The position numbers and the translations under genes are program-made. Shown one piece after another: positions 46,251 through 58,076 of a DNA stretch of 64,000 bases (positions are counted from its first letter, which is position 1; every line of letters begins with the position of its first letter). Origin of the DNA: an uncultured Gemmatimonadales bacterium (GTDB taxonomy: Bacteria; Gemmatimonadota; Gemmatimonadetes; Palauibacterales; Palauibacteraceae); assembly GCA_963783385.1 (NCBI GenBank), contig CAWANJ010000009.1, positions 192,001-256,000 on the forward strand, in the 5' to 3' direction. The notes beneath the pieces are model-generated. The model worked only from the letters and a program-made list of their open reading frames with translations. It was not told the origin of the DNA and did not search any database.

Positions 46251-49200
46251 GTGGCATCCGAGGGGGAGTGGTACCGTGACGCGGTCCTGTACGAGGTGCC
46301 CGTGCGTGCCTTCCGGGACAGCGATGGGGATGGCATCGGCGACTTTCGGGGGCTGACGTCGCGGCTCGGGTACCTCGAGGAGCTCGGAGTGACCGCCCTG
46401 TGGATCCTGCCCTTCTATCCGTCACCGCTCCGGGACAATGGGTACGACATCGCGGACTACCGGGACGTGCACCCGGACTACGGCACCCTGGACGACTTCC
46501 GCACCTTCCTCGGGGAGGCGCACCGGCGCGGCCTGCGGGTGGTCACCGAGCTCGTCATGAACCACACGTCCGACCGGCACGCCTGGTTCGAGCGTGCGCG
46601 GCACGCGCCTCCGGGGAGCCCGGAGCGCGAGTTCTACGTATGGAGCGACACCCCGGACCGCTATGCCGAGGCCCGCATCATCTTCCAGGACTTCGAGGAC
46701 TCGAACTGGAGCTGGGACCCCGTGGCCGGGGCCTACTACTGGCACCGGTTCTATTCGCACCAGCCGGACCTGAACTTCGACAATCCCCGGGTGCGGGAGG
46801 AGATCCTCGGGGTGATGGACTTCTGGTTCGGGATGGGGGTGGATGGCATGCGACTCGACGCGGTCCCCTACCTGTTCGAGCGCGAGGGCACGAACTGCGA
46901 GAACCTACCGGAAACGCACGCGTTCCTGCGTGACCTCCGCCGACACGTGGACGAGCGCTTCCCCGGTCGCATGCTTCTCGCCGAGGCCAACCAGTGGCCC
47001 GAGGACGCCGTGGCCTACTTCGGGGACGGCGACGAGTGCCACATGGCCTTCCACTTCCCGCTCATGCCGCGGCTGTTCATGGGGATCCGGATGGAAGACC
47101 GGTTCCCGATCGAGGACATCCTCGAGCAGACCCCCCGGATCCCGGAGTCCGCCCAGTGGGCGGTCTTCCTCCGTAACCACGATGAGCTCACGCTCGAGAT
47201 GGTCACGGACGAGGAGCGGGACTACATGTACCGCGTATACGCCAGCCAGCGGCGGGCCCGCATCAACCTGGGCATCCGTCGGCGCCTGGCACCGCTGCTG
47301 AGCAACAACCGCCGCAAGATCGAGCTGATGTACGGCCTGCTCCTCTCCCTGCCGGGGAGCCCGGTCCTCTACTACGGGGACGAGATCGGCATGGGCGACA
47401 ACATCTACCTGGGGGACCGCAACGGAGTGCGCACGCCCATGCAGTGGAGCGGCAACCGCAACGCCGGCTTCTCCGATGCCAATCCCCAGCGGCTCTACCT
47501 TCCCGTCATCTCCGACCCGGAATACCGGTACGAGGCCGTCAACGTGGAGTCGCAGGAGCACAACCCGAGCTCCCTCCTGTGGTGGGTCCGCCGCCTGGTG
47601 AACCTGCGCCGACGGCATCCCGCCTTCGGCCGGGGCGGGCTCACGACCGTGGATTCCGGGAACCCCAAGGTGCTCGCTTTCTCGCGGGAGTACGACGGCG
47701 AGCGGCTCCTGGTGGCAGCCAACCTCTCCCGCTTCGCCCAGCAGGCGGCCATCGACCTGTCGGCCGAGGAGGGCCGGGTCCCGGTCGAGTTGTTCGGGGG
47801 CTCGCCGTTTCCGCGGATCGACGGCCGACCCTACCCCCTGACCCTGGGTCCGCACGCCTTCTACTGGTTCGTGCTGCAGTCGACGGACGAGACGACACGG
47901 GTCGAGCCGGGACCCGAAGATGGTGGGCTGCGCGAGCCCCTGCCGCCCTCGGCGTCCGCGGGCGCGAGGGCACCCGTCGTGGCGGCCCCGACCGGAGAGG
48001 AGCTGCTGCGCGGTGGCGGCCGGCCCGGTCTCGAGATCGTCCTACCCGGCTTCGTGGAGGCGTGTCGTTGGTTCGGAGGCAAGGGGGGGCGCGTCCGAGC
48101 GGTCCGGATCGTCGAGTCGATCCCCCTGGATTCCGGGGAAGGCGCCGCGCTGGCCCTGGTGGTCGCGGAGGTGGACACCGACGAGGAGGAGGGCGAGCGC
48201 TACCTCCTCCCGCTACAGGTGTCCGTGGGGGAGGAGGCCGGGGCGGTGCGATCCGAGCGCCCCGAGGCCATCGTGGCGGAAGCGCGGGTGGATGGCACCG
48301 ACGGCGTGGTGCTGGACGCGCTCGCCTCGCCGCCGGCCTGCGCGCGGCTCCTGGACCTCATCCGGACGGAAGGAAGGCGCGCCGGCCGGCGGGGCGTCCT
48401 GGAGGGCCTGAGACTTCCAGCCTTCGCCGGGCTGGATGGCGAGGGCCCGCCCCCCGAGGGCCGAGTCCTGTCCACGGAACAGAGCAACAGCTCGGTCCGC
48501 TACGGCGACCGCTTCCTGCTCAAGCTGTTCCGGCACGTGGAGGAAGGCGTCAATCCGGACCTGGAGGTGTCACGGTTCCTGTCGGAGCACGGCTTCCGCC
48601 ACGCCCCGCCGGCGGCTGGCGCCCTCGTGTACCGTAGGACCGAAGGCGAGGAGGCCACGGTGGCCTTCCTGGCGGGGTTCGTGGAGAGTCGGGGAGACGC
48701 GTGGACGTACACGCTCGAATCCCTGGGGCGCTTCTTCGAGCGGGTGCTGGCCGACGGACGTCACGAGCCCGAGGATGCGCCGTACCAGGCTCGGGCACTG
48801 CTGGCGCTCGCCGACGCCGAGGTGCCGGTCCGCGAGCAGGAGTGGATCGGCGCCTACCTCGAGTCCGCCCGGCTGCTGGGCCGTCGGACGGCCGAACTGC
48901 ACGCGATCCTGGCTTCGGACCCGGCCGACCCGGACTTTGCGCCGGAGCCGTTCTCGGCCCTCTACCGGCGATCCCTGTACCAGTCCGCCCGCAACCTCGT
49001 GGGCCGCACCTTCCGAAGCCTGGGTCACCGCGCGGGCAGCCTGCCCGAGGAGGCCGGGCGGCAGGCCCTCCGACTCCGGGGCAAGCGGGACGTGCTCCTG
49101 GAGCGCTTCCGCGGGCTCACCGAGCGACGGATCGACGCCACCCGGATCCGCTGCCACGGCGATTACCACCTGGGGCAGGTGCTGAGCACGGGCAAGGACT

Positions 49201-49640
49201 TCGTCATCCTGGACTTCGAGGGGGAGCCTGCCCGACCGGTGGGAACGCGCAGGATCAAGCGGTCCGCTCTCACCGATGTGGCCGGCATGCTGCGGTCGTT
49301 GCACTACGCCGGCCACGCGGCCCTCCGGCGGGCCGATGCCACCGGACTGGCGGGAGCCGGCACCCGGGACCGGCTGCTCCCGTGGGCGAGCTTCTGGACT
49401 TCGCGCGTGGGCGCCGCCTTCCTGGGAGCCTATCTCACCAGCTTGGGCGAGGCGGCCTTCCTGCCGACCGACGTGGCGGACACGGCCTGGCTCCTCGATC
49501 TCCACATGCTCGAGAAGGCCGTGTACGAGCTGGGCTACGAGCTGTCCCATCGCCCGGACTGGGTGCCGATTCCGGTCGAGGGAATCCTGGACCTGCTGGA
49601 CGCGGGCGAGACGTCCGCGAGCGGAACACGGAAGGGGTGA
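46251..49640 (+). CDS. treS: Trehalose synthase fused to maltokinase (TreS-Mak/Pep2)
   Basis: GH13 motifs [24 protein letters not shown]-terminal [40 protein letters not shown]. Confidence 0.95.
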   Translation: MASEGEWYRDAVLYEVPVRAFRDSDGDGIGDFRGLTSRLGYLEELGVTALWILPFYPSPLRDNGYDIADYRDVHPDYGTLDDFRTFLGEAHRRGLRVVTELVMNHTSDRHAWFERARHAPPGSPEREFYVWSDTPDRYAEARIIFQDFEDSNWSWDPVAGAYYWHRFYSHQPDLNFDNPRVREEILGVMDFWFGMGVDGMRLDAVPYLFEREGTNCENLPETHAFLRDLRRHVDERFPGRMLLAEANQWPEDAVAYFGDGDECHMAFHFPLMPRLFMGIRMEDRFPIEDILEQTPRIPESAQWAVFLRNHDELTLEMVTDEERDYMYRVYASQRRARINLGIRRRLAPLLSNNRRKIELMYGLLLSLPGSPVLYYGDEIGMGDNIYLGDRNGVRTPMQWSGNRNAGFSDANPQRLYLPVISDPEYRYEAVNVESQEHNPSSLLWWVRRLVNLRRRHPAFGRGGLTTVDSGNPKVLAFSREYDGERLLVAANLSRFAQQAAIDLSAEEGRVPVELFGGSPFPRIDGRPYPLTLGPHAFYWFVLQSTDETTRVEPGPEDGGLREPLPPSASAGARAPVVAAPTGEELLRGGGRPGLEIVLPGFVEACRWFGGKGGRVRAVRIVESIPLDSGEGAALALVVAEVDTDEEEGERYLLPLQVSVGEEAGAVRSERPEAIVAEARVDGTDGVVLDALASPPACARLLDLIRTEGRRAGRRGVLEGLRLPAFAGLDGEGPPPEGRVLSTEQSNSSVRYGDRFLLKLFRHVEEGVNPDLEVSRFLSEHGFRHAPPAAGALVYRRTEGEEATVAFLAGFVESRGDAWTYTLESLGRFFERVLADGRHEPEDAPYQARALLALADAEVPVREQEWIGAYLESARLLGRRTAELHAILASDPADPDFAPEPFSALYRRSLYQSARNLVGRTFRSLGHRAGSLPEEAGRQALRLRGKRDVLLERFRGLTERRIDATRIRCHGDYHLGQVLSTGKDFVILDFEGEPARPVGTRRIKRSALTDVAGMLRSLHYAGHAALRRADATGLAGAGTRDRLLPWASFWTSRVGAAFLGAYLTSLGEAAFLPTDVADTAWLLDLHMLEKAVYELGYELSHRPDWVPIPVEGILDLLDAGETSASGTRKG

Positions 49641-49656
49641 AGGAGGTGCAACCGGG

Positions 49657-51912
49657 GTGAGCTCGCGCATGCGGGGGGTGGGGACACGGCTGGCCGAGCT
49701 GTGCAGGCTGTACGGGGTCGTCGTCGACTACCGGGACGTCGCCGGTCGGAGCTGCCGACCGCCGCGGGAGTCCCTGTGGGCGGTGCTGCGCGGCCTCGGC
49801 GCCCGGCTGCCGGCCGGGCGCGCCCCCGGGGAGGCCGAGGTGCGCGACGCGCTGCGCGTGCGACGCCGGGAGCTGGCCGAGCGGCCGATGCCCCCCGTCG
49901 TGGTGGCGTGGGACGGTCGCCTTCCATGCCTCCGCCTGCGCGTGCCCGATGACCCGTTCCCGGCGCCGCTGGCTCTCCACGTGGAGCTTGCGGGGGGCGA
50001 GGAGCGCCGCATCGAGGTCGCGGGCGGCGGGCCGGTCATCGGTCGCCGGGAGGTGGAGGGACGCCGGCTCGCGGTTCGGCACGTCCGCCCGGAGCGAGAT
50101 GGAGACGCCCCTCTCCCACCGGGGCTCCACGGCCTTAGGGTCGCGGCGGCATCCGGGAACGGGTCCGGACCCGAGATCGCCCGGGCGCCGCTGGTCAGCG
50201 CTCCTTCCCGCACGTGGCCGGTCGTCGGCGGCGCGGCCGTCGGCGCGGATCCGGCGGCGTGGGCCGTCTTCCTCCCGCTGTACGCGTTGCGTGCCCGGGG
50301 AACGGCCGGGGTCGGCGACTACGGCGCGCTGGCGCGACTGGGCGGCTGGGCGGCTCGCCGCGGCGCCTCGCGCCTGGCCACCCTTCCGCTCCTTCCCCTG
50401 TTCCTCGACGAACCGTTCGACCCGAGCCCGTACGCCCCGGTGAGCCGCCTGTTCTGGACCGAGCTCTACCTGGACCTGGAGGATGCCTGCGACCGGGCCG
50501 ACTCGCGCGCTGCCCGGGACCTGCTGCGGTCCGACGGCTTCGCCCGCCGCCGGGCGGCGCTCGAGTCACGCGTGGATGTGGACTACCGGGCGGCCGCCGC
50601 CCTGCGCCGCGATCTCCTGGATCGGGTGATGACGGAGCCGGGTGGGGTGCGGGGGCTGTCTGAGCGGGTTCCCGCCCTGGGCCGCTTCCTACGGGAGCGC
50701 CGCGGAGCCGCGGACTTCGCGGCCTTCCTGGCGGCGTGCGAGCGCCACCGCGCTCCATGGCGAGGCTGGCCGACACCGGCGCGCGATGCTCCGCTGCGGC
50801 GCGAGGGCCTGGTGGCCGGGCGCGACTTCGACCCGGCGGCGCGGGACCGTCATCTGGTGGGTCAGTGGCTGGCCGTGGAGCAGGTCGACGCCGTGGTGGA
50901 ACGCGGCCGGAGGGAGGGGTTCGGCCTGTTCCTGGACCTTCCGCTCTCGGTGCACCCGGACGGCTACGACGTGTGGCGCGAGCGCGAGCTGTTCGCGGAG
51001 GCGATGTCGGTGGGAGCGCCCCCCGACGCCTTCTTCGCGGAAGGACAGGACTGGGGCTTCCCGCCGCCCGTCCCGCACGCGATGCGCCGGTCGGGGTACG
51101 CCTACTTGCGCGCGAGCCTCGCGCACTCGATGGGTCCGGCCCGGGCGCTGCGGATCGATCACGTCATGGGCCTGCACAGGCTGTTCTGGATTCCGCGAGG
51201 CGCGAAGCCGGAGGACGGGGTGTACGTGCGCTATCCGTCCCGGGAGCAATACGCCCTCCTCTCGCTCGCCTCGCACCGTCATGGTGCCGAGGTGATCGGC
51301 GAGGACCTTGGCACCGTCCCGGAGGCCGTGCGTGGAGCGATGGATCGCCACGGGGTCGGACGTCTGTTCGTGGTGCCGTTCGAGCTGGATCCCGATCGGT
51401 CTCCGGTCCTGCGCGAGCCTCCGCCCGGATCGGTGGCCATGGTCGACACGCACGACACGTGGCCTTTCGCCGGCTGGTGGGACGGCGCGGACATCGAGGG
51501 CCGCGTGGGGCTCGGCATGCTGGATCCGTCGGAGGTCGACCGGGCCCTGGAGCGGCGGGCCCTGGAGCGGCGCGCCCTGGTCGACTGGCTTGCGGAGCGC
51601 GGGTTGATCGAAGCCGGCGAAGGGGCGACGCCGGGCGGCGTGCTGACCGCCTGCCTCGAGGCCCTTGGGCGGGCGGAGGCCGGCACCGTGGTGGCGAGCC
51701 TCGAGGATTTGTGGCTGGAGACGCGGCCTCAGAACATACCGGGTGCGCCCGGCGCGGCCCGGAGCTGGCGGCGGCGCGCGGGCGTCCCTCTCGAGGAGCT
51801 GGACGACCGCGTCGAGGTGACGGCGGCGCTGCGACGGCTGGCGAAGGCCCGGCGGCAGGCCCGGGACGCGAGGGAGCATGGGGAGTGGGACGAGGACGGG
51901 AGCAGACGATGA
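49657..51912 (+). CDS. malQ: 4-alpha-glucanotransferase (GH77)
   Basis: [52 protein letters not shown]. Confidence 0.92.
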   Translation: MSSRMRGVGTRLAELCRLYGVVVDYRDVAGRSCRPPRESLWAVLRGLGARLPAGRAPGEAEVRDALRVRRRELAERPMPPVVVAWDGRLPCLRLRVPDDPFPAPLALHVELAGGEERRIEVAGGGPVIGRREVEGRRLAVRHVRPERDGDAPLPPGLHGLRVAAASGNGSGPEIARAPLVSAPSRTWPVVGGAAVGADPAAWAVFLPLYALRARGTAGVGDYGALARLGGWAARRGASRLATLPLLPLFLDEPFDPSPYAPVSRLFWTELYLDLEDACDRADSRAARDLLRSDGFARRRAALESRVDVDYRAAAALRRDLLDRVMTEPGGVRGLSERVPALGRFLRERRGAADFAAFLAACERHRAPWRGWPTPARDAPLRREGLVAGRDFDPAARDRHLVGQWLAVEQVDAVVERGRREGFGLFLDLPLSVHPDGYDVWRERELFAEAMSVGAPPDAFFAEGQDWGFPPPVPHAMRRSGYAYLRASLAHSMGPARALRIDHVMGLHRLFWIPRGAKPEDGVYVRYPSREQYALLSLASHRHGAEVIGEDLGTVPEAVRGAMDRHGVGRLFVVPFELDPDRSPVLREPPPGSVAMVDTHDTWPFAGWWDGADIEGRVGLGMLDPSEVDRALERRALERRALVDWLAERGLIEAGEGATPGGVLTACLEALGRAEAGTVVASLEDLWLETRPQNIPGAPGAARSWRRRAGVPLEELDDRVEVTAALRRLAKARRQARDAREHGEWDEDGSRR

Positions 51913-53822
51913 CGGACGCGGTCGCCGCGGGAGGTCTCACGGACCGGGACATGTACCTGTTCAACGAGGGCACGCACGTCCGGCTCTGGGAGAGGCTCGG
52001 CGCCCACCTCGCCGAGTCGGGAGGAGCCGAGGGCGTGCGCTTCGCGGTGTGGGCTCCCAACGCCGAGCGAGTGACCGTCGTCGGCTCCTTCAACGAATGG
52101 GACGAGGAGGCCGATCCCCTGCGGACGCGGGGCTCCTCGGGCATCTGGGAGGGCTTCGTTCCGGGCGCCGGGCGCGGCGACCTGTACAAGTACCGGATCC
52201 ACTCCCGCGAAGCGGGCTACGTGGTGGACAAGGCCGATCCCGTCGGGTTCCGGCACGAGACGCCTCCGCGGACGGCTTCGGTCGTCTGGGACCTGGACTA
52301 CGACTGGGCGGACGGGGCGTGGATGCGCGGCCGCGGAGGGCGCCTGGGCCGGGACGCACCCGTCTCGGTGTACGAGGTCCACCTGGGCTCGTGGAGACGC
52401 GTGCCAGAGGAGGGCGGCCGCAGCCTGGGCTACCGTGAGATCGCGCCGCTCCTGGCCGACCACGTCGAGCGCATGGGCTTCACCCACGTGGAGCTGCTGC
52501 CCGTCATGGAGCACCCCTTCTACGGCTCCTGGGGCTACCAGACCACCGGTTACTTCGCTCCCACGTCGCGCTGGGGCTCCCCCCAGGACTTCATGGCGCT
52601 GATCGACCACCTGCACCAGCGCGGGATCGGCGTGATCCTGGACTGGGTGCCTTCCCACTTTCCCGGCGACGAGCACGGGCTCGGCTTCTTCGACGGAACG
52701 TACCTGTACGAGCACGCGGACCCCCGCCGGAGGATCCACCCGGACTGGGACAGCCTCATCTTCAACTACGGCCGGCACGAGGTGCGAAGCTTCCTGCTGT
52801 CGAGCGCGATGTTCTGGCTGGACGTCTATCACGCGGACGGCCTGCGCGTGGACGCCGTGGCCTCGATGCTCTACCTGGATTACTCGCGGGGGAACGGGGA
52901 GTGGACCCCCAATGTCGAGGGTGGCCGGGAGGACCTCGAAGCGATCGACTTCCTGCGCCGGCTCAACACGGCGGTGTACGCGGCCAGGCCCGCCGTACAG
53001 ACCATCGCGGAGGAGTCGACCGCCTTCCCGGGTGTGTCACGCCCGGTGCACGAGGGCGGCCTCGGGTTCGGCTACAAGTGGGACATGGGCTGGATGCACG
53101 ACACGCTGCAGTACATGGCGCGTGAGCCGGTGCACCGGAAGTACCACCACGACGAGCTCACCTTCCATTCCCTGTACGCCTTCTCCGAGAACTTCGTCCT
53201 GCCCCTCTCGCACGACGAGGTGGTGCACGGGAAGCGCTCGCTCCTGGACCGGATGCCCGGCGACCCGTGGCAGAAGTTCGCCAACCTCCGGCTCCTGTTC
53301 GGCTGGATGTTCGCGCAGCCGGGGAAGAAGCTCCTGTTCATGGGCTCGGAGCTGGCGCCCTGGGGCGAATGGAGCCACGAGGGGAGCCTGGACTGGCATC
53401 TGCTGGACGAGGGTGCGCACGGGGGCGTGCGCCGCTGGGTGGAGAGCCTGAACCGGCTGTACCGGGAGCGGCGCGCCCTCCACGCCCTGGACTGCGAGCC
53501 GGACGGGTTCGAGTGGATCGACGGTGGCGACCGGGAGAACAGCGTGGTGAGCTTCCTGCGCCTGGGCGGACCCGGAACCCGGCCCGTGCTCGTGGCGGCC
53601 AATTTCACCCCCGTGCCACGCGAGGCCTACCGCGTGGGCGTGCCGGGGGAGGGCTCCTGGAGGGTCGTGGCCGACAGCGATGCAGCCGAATTCGGAGGCA
53701 GCGGGGCGGGGTCGGCGGGCGTGATCGGGGCCGAGCCGATGGAGCGTCACGGCCGGGATCACTCGCTCTCCCTGGCTCTTCCGCCCCTCGGCATCCTCTT
53801 CCTGGTCCGCGAGGACGCGTGA
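51909..53822 (+). CDS. glgB: 1,4-alpha-glucan branching enzyme
   Basis: [53 protein letters not shown]. Confidence 0.96.
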   Translation: MTDAVAAGGLTDRDMYLFNEGTHVRLWERLGAHLAESGGAEGVRFAVWAPNAERVTVVGSFNEWDEEADPLRTRGSSGIWEGFVPGAGRGDLYKYRIHSREAGYVVDKADPVGFRHETPPRTASVVWDLDYDWADGAWMRGRGGRLGRDAPVSVYEVHLGSWRRVPEEGGRSLGYREIAPLLADHVERMGFTHVELLPVMEHPFYGSWGYQTTGYFAPTSRWGSPQDFMALIDHLHQRGIGVILDWVPSHFPGDEHGLGFFDGTYLYEHADPRRRIHPDWDSLIFNYGRHEVRSFLLSSAMFWLDVYHADGLRVDAVASMLYLDYSRGNGEWTPNVEGGREDLEAIDFLRRLNTAVYAARPAVQTIAEESTAFPGVSRPVHEGGLGFGYKWDMGWMHDTLQYMAREPVHRKYHHDELTFHSLYAFSENFVLPLSHDEVVHGKRSLLDRMPGDPWQKFANLRLLFGWMFAQPGKKLLFMGSELAPWGEWSHEGSLDWHLLDEGAHGGVRRWVESLNRLYRERRALHALDCEPDGFEWIDGGDRENSVVSFLRLGGPGTRPVLVAANFTPVPREAYRVGVPGEGSWRVVADSDAAEFGGSGAGSAGVIGAEPMERHGRDHSLSLALPPLGILFLVREDA

Positions 53823-56254
53823 ACCGATACGTCTGCGTCCATGGCCACTTCTACCAGCCGCCCCGCGAGAACCCGTGGCTGGAAGCGGTCGAGCGGCAAC
53901 CCACGGCGGCGCCCTTCCACGACTGGAACGAGCGCGTGACCGCCGAGTGCTACGGACCCAACGCCACGGCGCGGCTCCTGGACGACCAGGGCCGCATCCG
54001 GAGCATCTCGAACAACTACTCGCGCATGAGCTTCAACGTGGGCCCGACCCTCATGGCGTGGCTCGAGGGGAGTGCCCCCGGCGTGTACGAGGCGATCCTG
54101 CGGGCCGACGAAGCCAGCCGGGGTCGGTTCTCGGGTCACGGGTCGGCCCTGGCGCAGGCCTACAACCACATGATCATGCCGATGGCCGCGGCACGGGATC
54201 GCCGCACCCAGGTCCGGTGGGGGATCCGGGACTTCGAGCGACGGTTCGGGAGGTCACCGGAGGGCATGTGGCTCCCCGAGACCGCGGTGAACCTGGATTC
54301 CCTGGAAGCCCTGGCCGCGGAGGGGATCCGGTTCACCATCCTGGCGCCCCATCAGGCTCGGCGCGTGCGGCCCCTGGCGGGAGGGGAGTGGCGGAGCGTC
54401 GACGAGCGCAGCCTGGATACGGGCCGGGCCTACCTGCAGAAGCTGCCGTCCGGCCGGTCGATCGCCCTGTTCTTCTACCACGGCGCCCTGGCACGGGGCG
54501 TGGCGTTTGAGGATTGGCTCGAGAGCGGCGCCGGCTTTGCCTCGAGACTGCTCGAGGTCGCGCGGGCGGCCGGGTGGGGCGAGGTGCGCCTGGCCCACCT
54601 GGCCGCGGACGGAGAGACGTACGGACACCACCATCGCTTCGGGGAGATGGCGCTGGCCGCCGCCCTCGCGCGCGTCGAGGCCGCGGACGATGTCCGGCTC
54701 ACCAACTACGGGGAGTTCCTCGAGCGGCACCCCCCGGAGCACGAGGTCGAGATCGCCGAGGACACTTCCTGGAGCTGCGTGCACGGGATCGAGCGCTGGC
54801 GCTCCGACTGCGGCTGCCACAGCGGCGGGGAAGCCGGCTGGAGCCAGGCGTGGCGCGCACCCCTCCGGCTCGCCATGGACGACCTGCGGGACGCCCTGGC
54901 GCCCCGGTTCGAGTCCGAGGGAGGCCGCGTGCTCGGGGACCCGTGGGCGGCCCGGGACGCCTACGTGGACGTCGTCCTGGACCGCGACCCGGAGAACGTG
55001 GCCGCCTTCCTGGGCCGGCACGGACGCGCGGACGCGCACCCGGAGGATGGCCACGTCCAGGCCCAGGCCCTTCGGCTGCTCGAGATGCAACGGCACCTGC
55101 AGCTCATGTACACGAGCTGCGGCTGGTTCTTCAACGACCTCGCCGGGATCGAGACCGTCCAGGTGCTCGCCTATGCGGGGCGGGCCCTCGAGCTGGCGGA
55201 ACGGGCGCTGGGGGACGTGGGACCCGTTCGTCGGCGGTTCCTCGCCACCCTGTCCACGGCGCGCAGCAACCGGAAAGACATTGGAGACGGAGCCGCGTTG
55301 TGGGAGCGCGAGGTCCGGGCCCGGGCGGCGGACCTGGAGGATGCGGCGACGCACTGGGCCGTACGGACCCTGCTGGAAGGCCGTCCCGGTCGGGGCCGGT
55401 TCTACGCCTGGGACGTCGACGCGCGCGAGGAGCGCCGCACGACCTCCGGCCAGGGGGTACTGGTCCTCGGAACGGCCTCGGTGCGCTCGCGGACCACGCT
55501 CGAGACCCGGTCGCTGCGCTGGAGCGCGCTCCGAGTCGGCGAGCTGTCGGTGACGGCGGGGGTGGGAGCGGACGCAGCTCTCACCGGGGGAGGGCGCCGG
55601 GCCGGCGCGCTGACCGCGGCCGTGGAGGAGGGCGACCTGGCGGCCGCGCTCCGGCTGCTCGAGGAGGACTACGGCCACGCGGTCCGGTCCCTGCGCACCC
55701 TGTGGCCGGAGGAGCGCCGCCGTGCGCTGGAGCTCGTCTCGGAGCGGGCGCTGGAGAGCACGTCCGAGGCGGCCCGCCTTCTGTACGAGCGCCGGGCTCC
55801 GCTGCTGCGTGCGCTGACGGAGGGCGGCATGCCGGTACCGGCCCTGTGGGAAGCGGCGGCGGGCTTCGTCCTGGAACGCTCGCTGGACGACCTGCTGGCG
55901 AGCCCCTCGCCCGATGCGGATGGGGTACGCGCCGTCATGGAGCGCAGCGCCCGCTGCGGCGTCCGCCTGGACGACACGCGAGTCCGGCTCGCGGCGCGCG
56001 CCTCCCTGGAGGCGGCGGCCGACCGCTTCGCTCGGGATCCTGTGGCGGAGGGCCGACTCCGGGCGCTGCTGGACACGCTCGAGTCGGTGCGAGCCCTGCC
56101 CTTCGAGGTCGGGCTCAGGCACGTGCAGGACCGCTGGTGGGAGGTGAGGGAGATGCTCGACGCGGGCGTCGCGGTGGCTCCCGACACCGGCTGGCGCGGG
56201 GCCTTCGCCCGGTTGGGGACGCTCCTCAAGTTCTCGGTGGACGGGTCCGCCTGA
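53819..56254 (+). CDS. GH57-like DUF3536 domain protein
   Basis: [55 protein letters not shown]. Confidence 0.88.
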   Translation: MNRYVCVHGHFYQPPRENPWLEAVERQPTAAPFHDWNERVTAECYGPNATARLLDDQGRIRSISNNYSRMSFNVGPTLMAWLEGSAPGVYEAILRADEASRGRFSGHGSALAQAYNHMIMPMAAARDRRTQVRWGIRDFERRFGRSPEGMWLPETAVNLDSLEALAAEGIRFTILAPHQARRVRPLAGGEWRSVDERSLDTGRAYLQKLPSGRSIALFFYHGALARGVAFEDWLESGAGFASRLLEVARAAGWGEVRLAHLAADGETYGHHHRFGEMALAAALARVEAADDVRLTNYGEFLERHPPEHEVEIAEDTSWSCVHGIERWRSDCGCHSGGEAGWSQAWRAPLRLAMDDLRDALAPRFESEGGRVLGDPWAARDAYVDVVLDRDPENVAAFLGRHGRADAHPEDGHVQAQALRLLEMQRHLQLMYTSCGWFFNDLAGIETVQVLAYAGRALELAERALGDVGPVRRRFLATLSTARSNRKDIGDGAALWEREVRARAADLEDAATHWAVRTLLEGRPGRGRFYAWDVDAREERRTTSGQGVLVLGTASVRSRTTLETRSLRWSALRVGELSVTAGVGADAALTGGGRRAGALTAAVEEGDLAAALRLLEEDYGHAVRSLRTLWPEERRRALELVSERALESTSEAARLLYERRAPLLRALTEGGMPVPALWEAAAGFVLERSLDDLLASPSPDADGVRAVMERSARCGVRLDDTRVRLAARASLEAAADRFARDPVAEGRLRALLDTLESVRALPFEVGLRHVQDRWWEVREMLDAGVAVAPDTGWRGAFARLGTLLKFSVDGSA

Positions 56255-56281
56255 GGGGCGACGCCCGACCGGCCGGGGCGC

Positions 56282-56782
56282 TCAGTCGGCGCCGTCCCCT
56301 GTCCGCCGGAGCTTCGGCCCCACCACCCGGTTGATCGCGTCGAGCGTGGCCGATACCGCGGCCCGCGTGCGCTGCCCGACGGTCGCCGGTACGGCCCCGA
56401 CCAGCTTGCGGCCTGGCTCGTCGGCCGTGCGCACCGCGATCAGGATGACGTCCGCGTCGAAGGCATGGAGGAGCTTGACCCCCACCAGCTCCAGCCAGTC
56501 GGGATCCTCGACCGCGGCGCTGGCGGCCGCCAGCGTGGCCTCGGCGGCCAGGCGGAGCTCCATGATGGGCGTCTCCAGTCCCTCCGCGTCTTCCTGGCGA
56601 CGAACACCATCGAGCTCGACGCCGACCCGGATCCGGATCCTGGAGCCGGCCTCCGGGATGCGCTCCACGTCGACCACGCGAAGGCGGGGCTCCGGGTCCA
56701 CCGCCGCATCCCCTGCGTCGGGACCGCCGTCCCCGTCGGTCGGCTCGTGAGCGGCGTCGACCGCCTCGTTCTCGCTGTCCAT
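56282..56782 (-). CDS. Hypothetical protein (possible LeuA regulatory-domain-like fold)
   Basis: ATG 56782 with GAGG upstream; protein-like composition; ends RAAVSATLDAINR. Confidence 0.65.
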   Translation of the reverse strand: MDSENEAVDAAHEPTDGDGGPDAGDAAVDPEPRLRVVDVERIPEAGSRIRIRVGVELDGVRRQEDAEGLETPIMELRLAAEATLAAASAAVEDPDWLELVGVKLLHAFDADVILIAVRTADEPGRKLVGAVPATVGQRTRAAVSATLDAINRVVGPKLRRTGDGAD

Positions 56783-56832
56783 GCGCTTCCTCGTAGTCTG
56801 CTTGCGAACAGGGTTCGGATGGCCCTCCGTGC

Positions 56833-57537
56833 TCAGGGCACCCGCAGGACCAGGGCCCCGAGAACGGCGAGGTCGTTCTGGAGCCGGGCGTCCCCCGCGT
56901 CCGAGAAGCTGGTGACGTAGTCGCGGAGCTCGGCGCGCAGGCGCCACAGGCCCGGCAGCTTCAGGTACGTGCCCACGAGTGCCTCGACCGCGAAGTCGCT
57001 GCGCGCGCTGGAGTCCGAGAGAACGACCGCGGGAGGCGTGCCGTTCACGACCGGGAGTGTCGTCGGCCCGGGGTGAGGGGTCAGCCTGCGTACCCCGAGC
57101 CCGGCCCCCACGAAGGGCTCGAGCAGGGAGCTCAGGATCGGCAGCGGCGGCCGGAACACGGCGTCCAGGCTGAGGGCCGACCAGTCGGCGTTCCCCTCGT
57201 GCGTGCCACCCGGGTCCTCCAGCGCGGCGTTCGGCGCCCACAGCGCCTGCGCTTCGACTCCGAGGCCGCCCACGAGCTGGAGGGCCGCGGTGACGCCGAG
57301 CGCCAGGCCGCCTCCCAGGCGAGTGGCGCCTCCGAGCACGTCCGGGCCGCGCGCCAGGTCGGTCCCCGGCTGGAGCGAACCGGCACCGGCGCTCAGCTCG
57401 AGACGGATCGGCGGAGCCAGCTGTGCGGACGCCCGGGCGGGCACCCACGCGGCGAGGCTCCCGAGGAGCGAGGCGGCGAGGATGCGGCCCGCGCGCCGCG
57501 CGGTTCGGGCCGGCACGTTCCTGTGCTGATGGCGCAC
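56833..57537 (-). CDS. Putative outer-membrane beta-barrel protein
   Basis: Signal peptide ending ASA-Q, alternating strands (LGVEAQALW, EPFVGAGLG, LRAELRDYV). Start GTG with AGGAG upstream. Confidence 0.65.
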   Translation of the reverse strand: MRHQHRNVPARTARRAGRILAASLLGSLAAWVPARASAQLAPPIRLELSAGAGSLQPGTDLARGPDVLGGATRLGGGLALGVTAALQLVGGLGVEAQALWAPNAALEDPGGTHEGNADWSALSLDAVFRPPLPILSSLLEPFVGAGLGVRRLTPHPGPTTLPVVNGTPPAVVLSDSSARSDFAVEALVGTYLKLPGLWRLRAELRDYVTSFSDAGDARLQNDLAVLGALVLRVP

Positions 57538-57731
57538 GTCGACTCCTGGTCATGAACCGGAGGGCCGCCGGGGCCGGGTTGCGGGCGGCGTGATGGCCCT
57601 GCAGCAATCTATCCGGGCCGGGAGGAAACTCGAAAGCGCCCGGCCCGCGGGTCCGCCCCGGGCGGCTGGCGAGGCGATCCCGTCCCCGGCTAGCTTGGGC
57701 CCGAGACGAGGCCCGTGGACAGGAAGGGTGC

Positions 57732-58076
57732 ATGGTCGAGGACTGCTTGTTCTGCAAGATCGCCAGCGGGGACATCCCGGCCCAGGTCGTGGCCGAGTCG
57801 GATCGATGGCTCGCCTTCCGCGACATTGATCCGAAGGCGCCCGTCCACGTGCTGGTCATCCCGCGGGAGCATTTCGAGAGCCTCGACGAGCTCGAGGAGG
57901 GCCACCGCTCGCTGGCGGGCGAGCTGTTGCTGGCGGCGCAGCGGGTGGCCGAGCACGAGGGCATCGGGGGTGGTTACCGTCTGGTCGCCAACACGGGTGC
58001 CGCTGCGGGTCAGACCGTCTTCCACCTGCACCTGCACGTGCTGGGCGGCCGGGCGATGCGGTGGCCGCCCGGTTGA
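57732..58076 (+). CDS. hinT: Histidine triad nucleotide-binding protein
   Basis: CLFCKI, FRDI.PKAPVH.LVIP, GQTVFHLHLHVLGGR..WPPG. Confidence 0.93.
   Translation: MVEDCLFCKIASGDIPAQVVAESDRWLAFRDIDPKAPVHVLVIPREHFESLDELEEGHRSLAGELLLAAQRVAEHEGIGGGYRLVANTGAAAGQTVFHLHLHVLGGRAMRWPPG

Noticed and set aside
28953-56281. Carbon cluster as an active mobile element
   Set aside because: No integrase, transposase, tRNA or flanking direct repeats were seen, and composition looks like the backbone.
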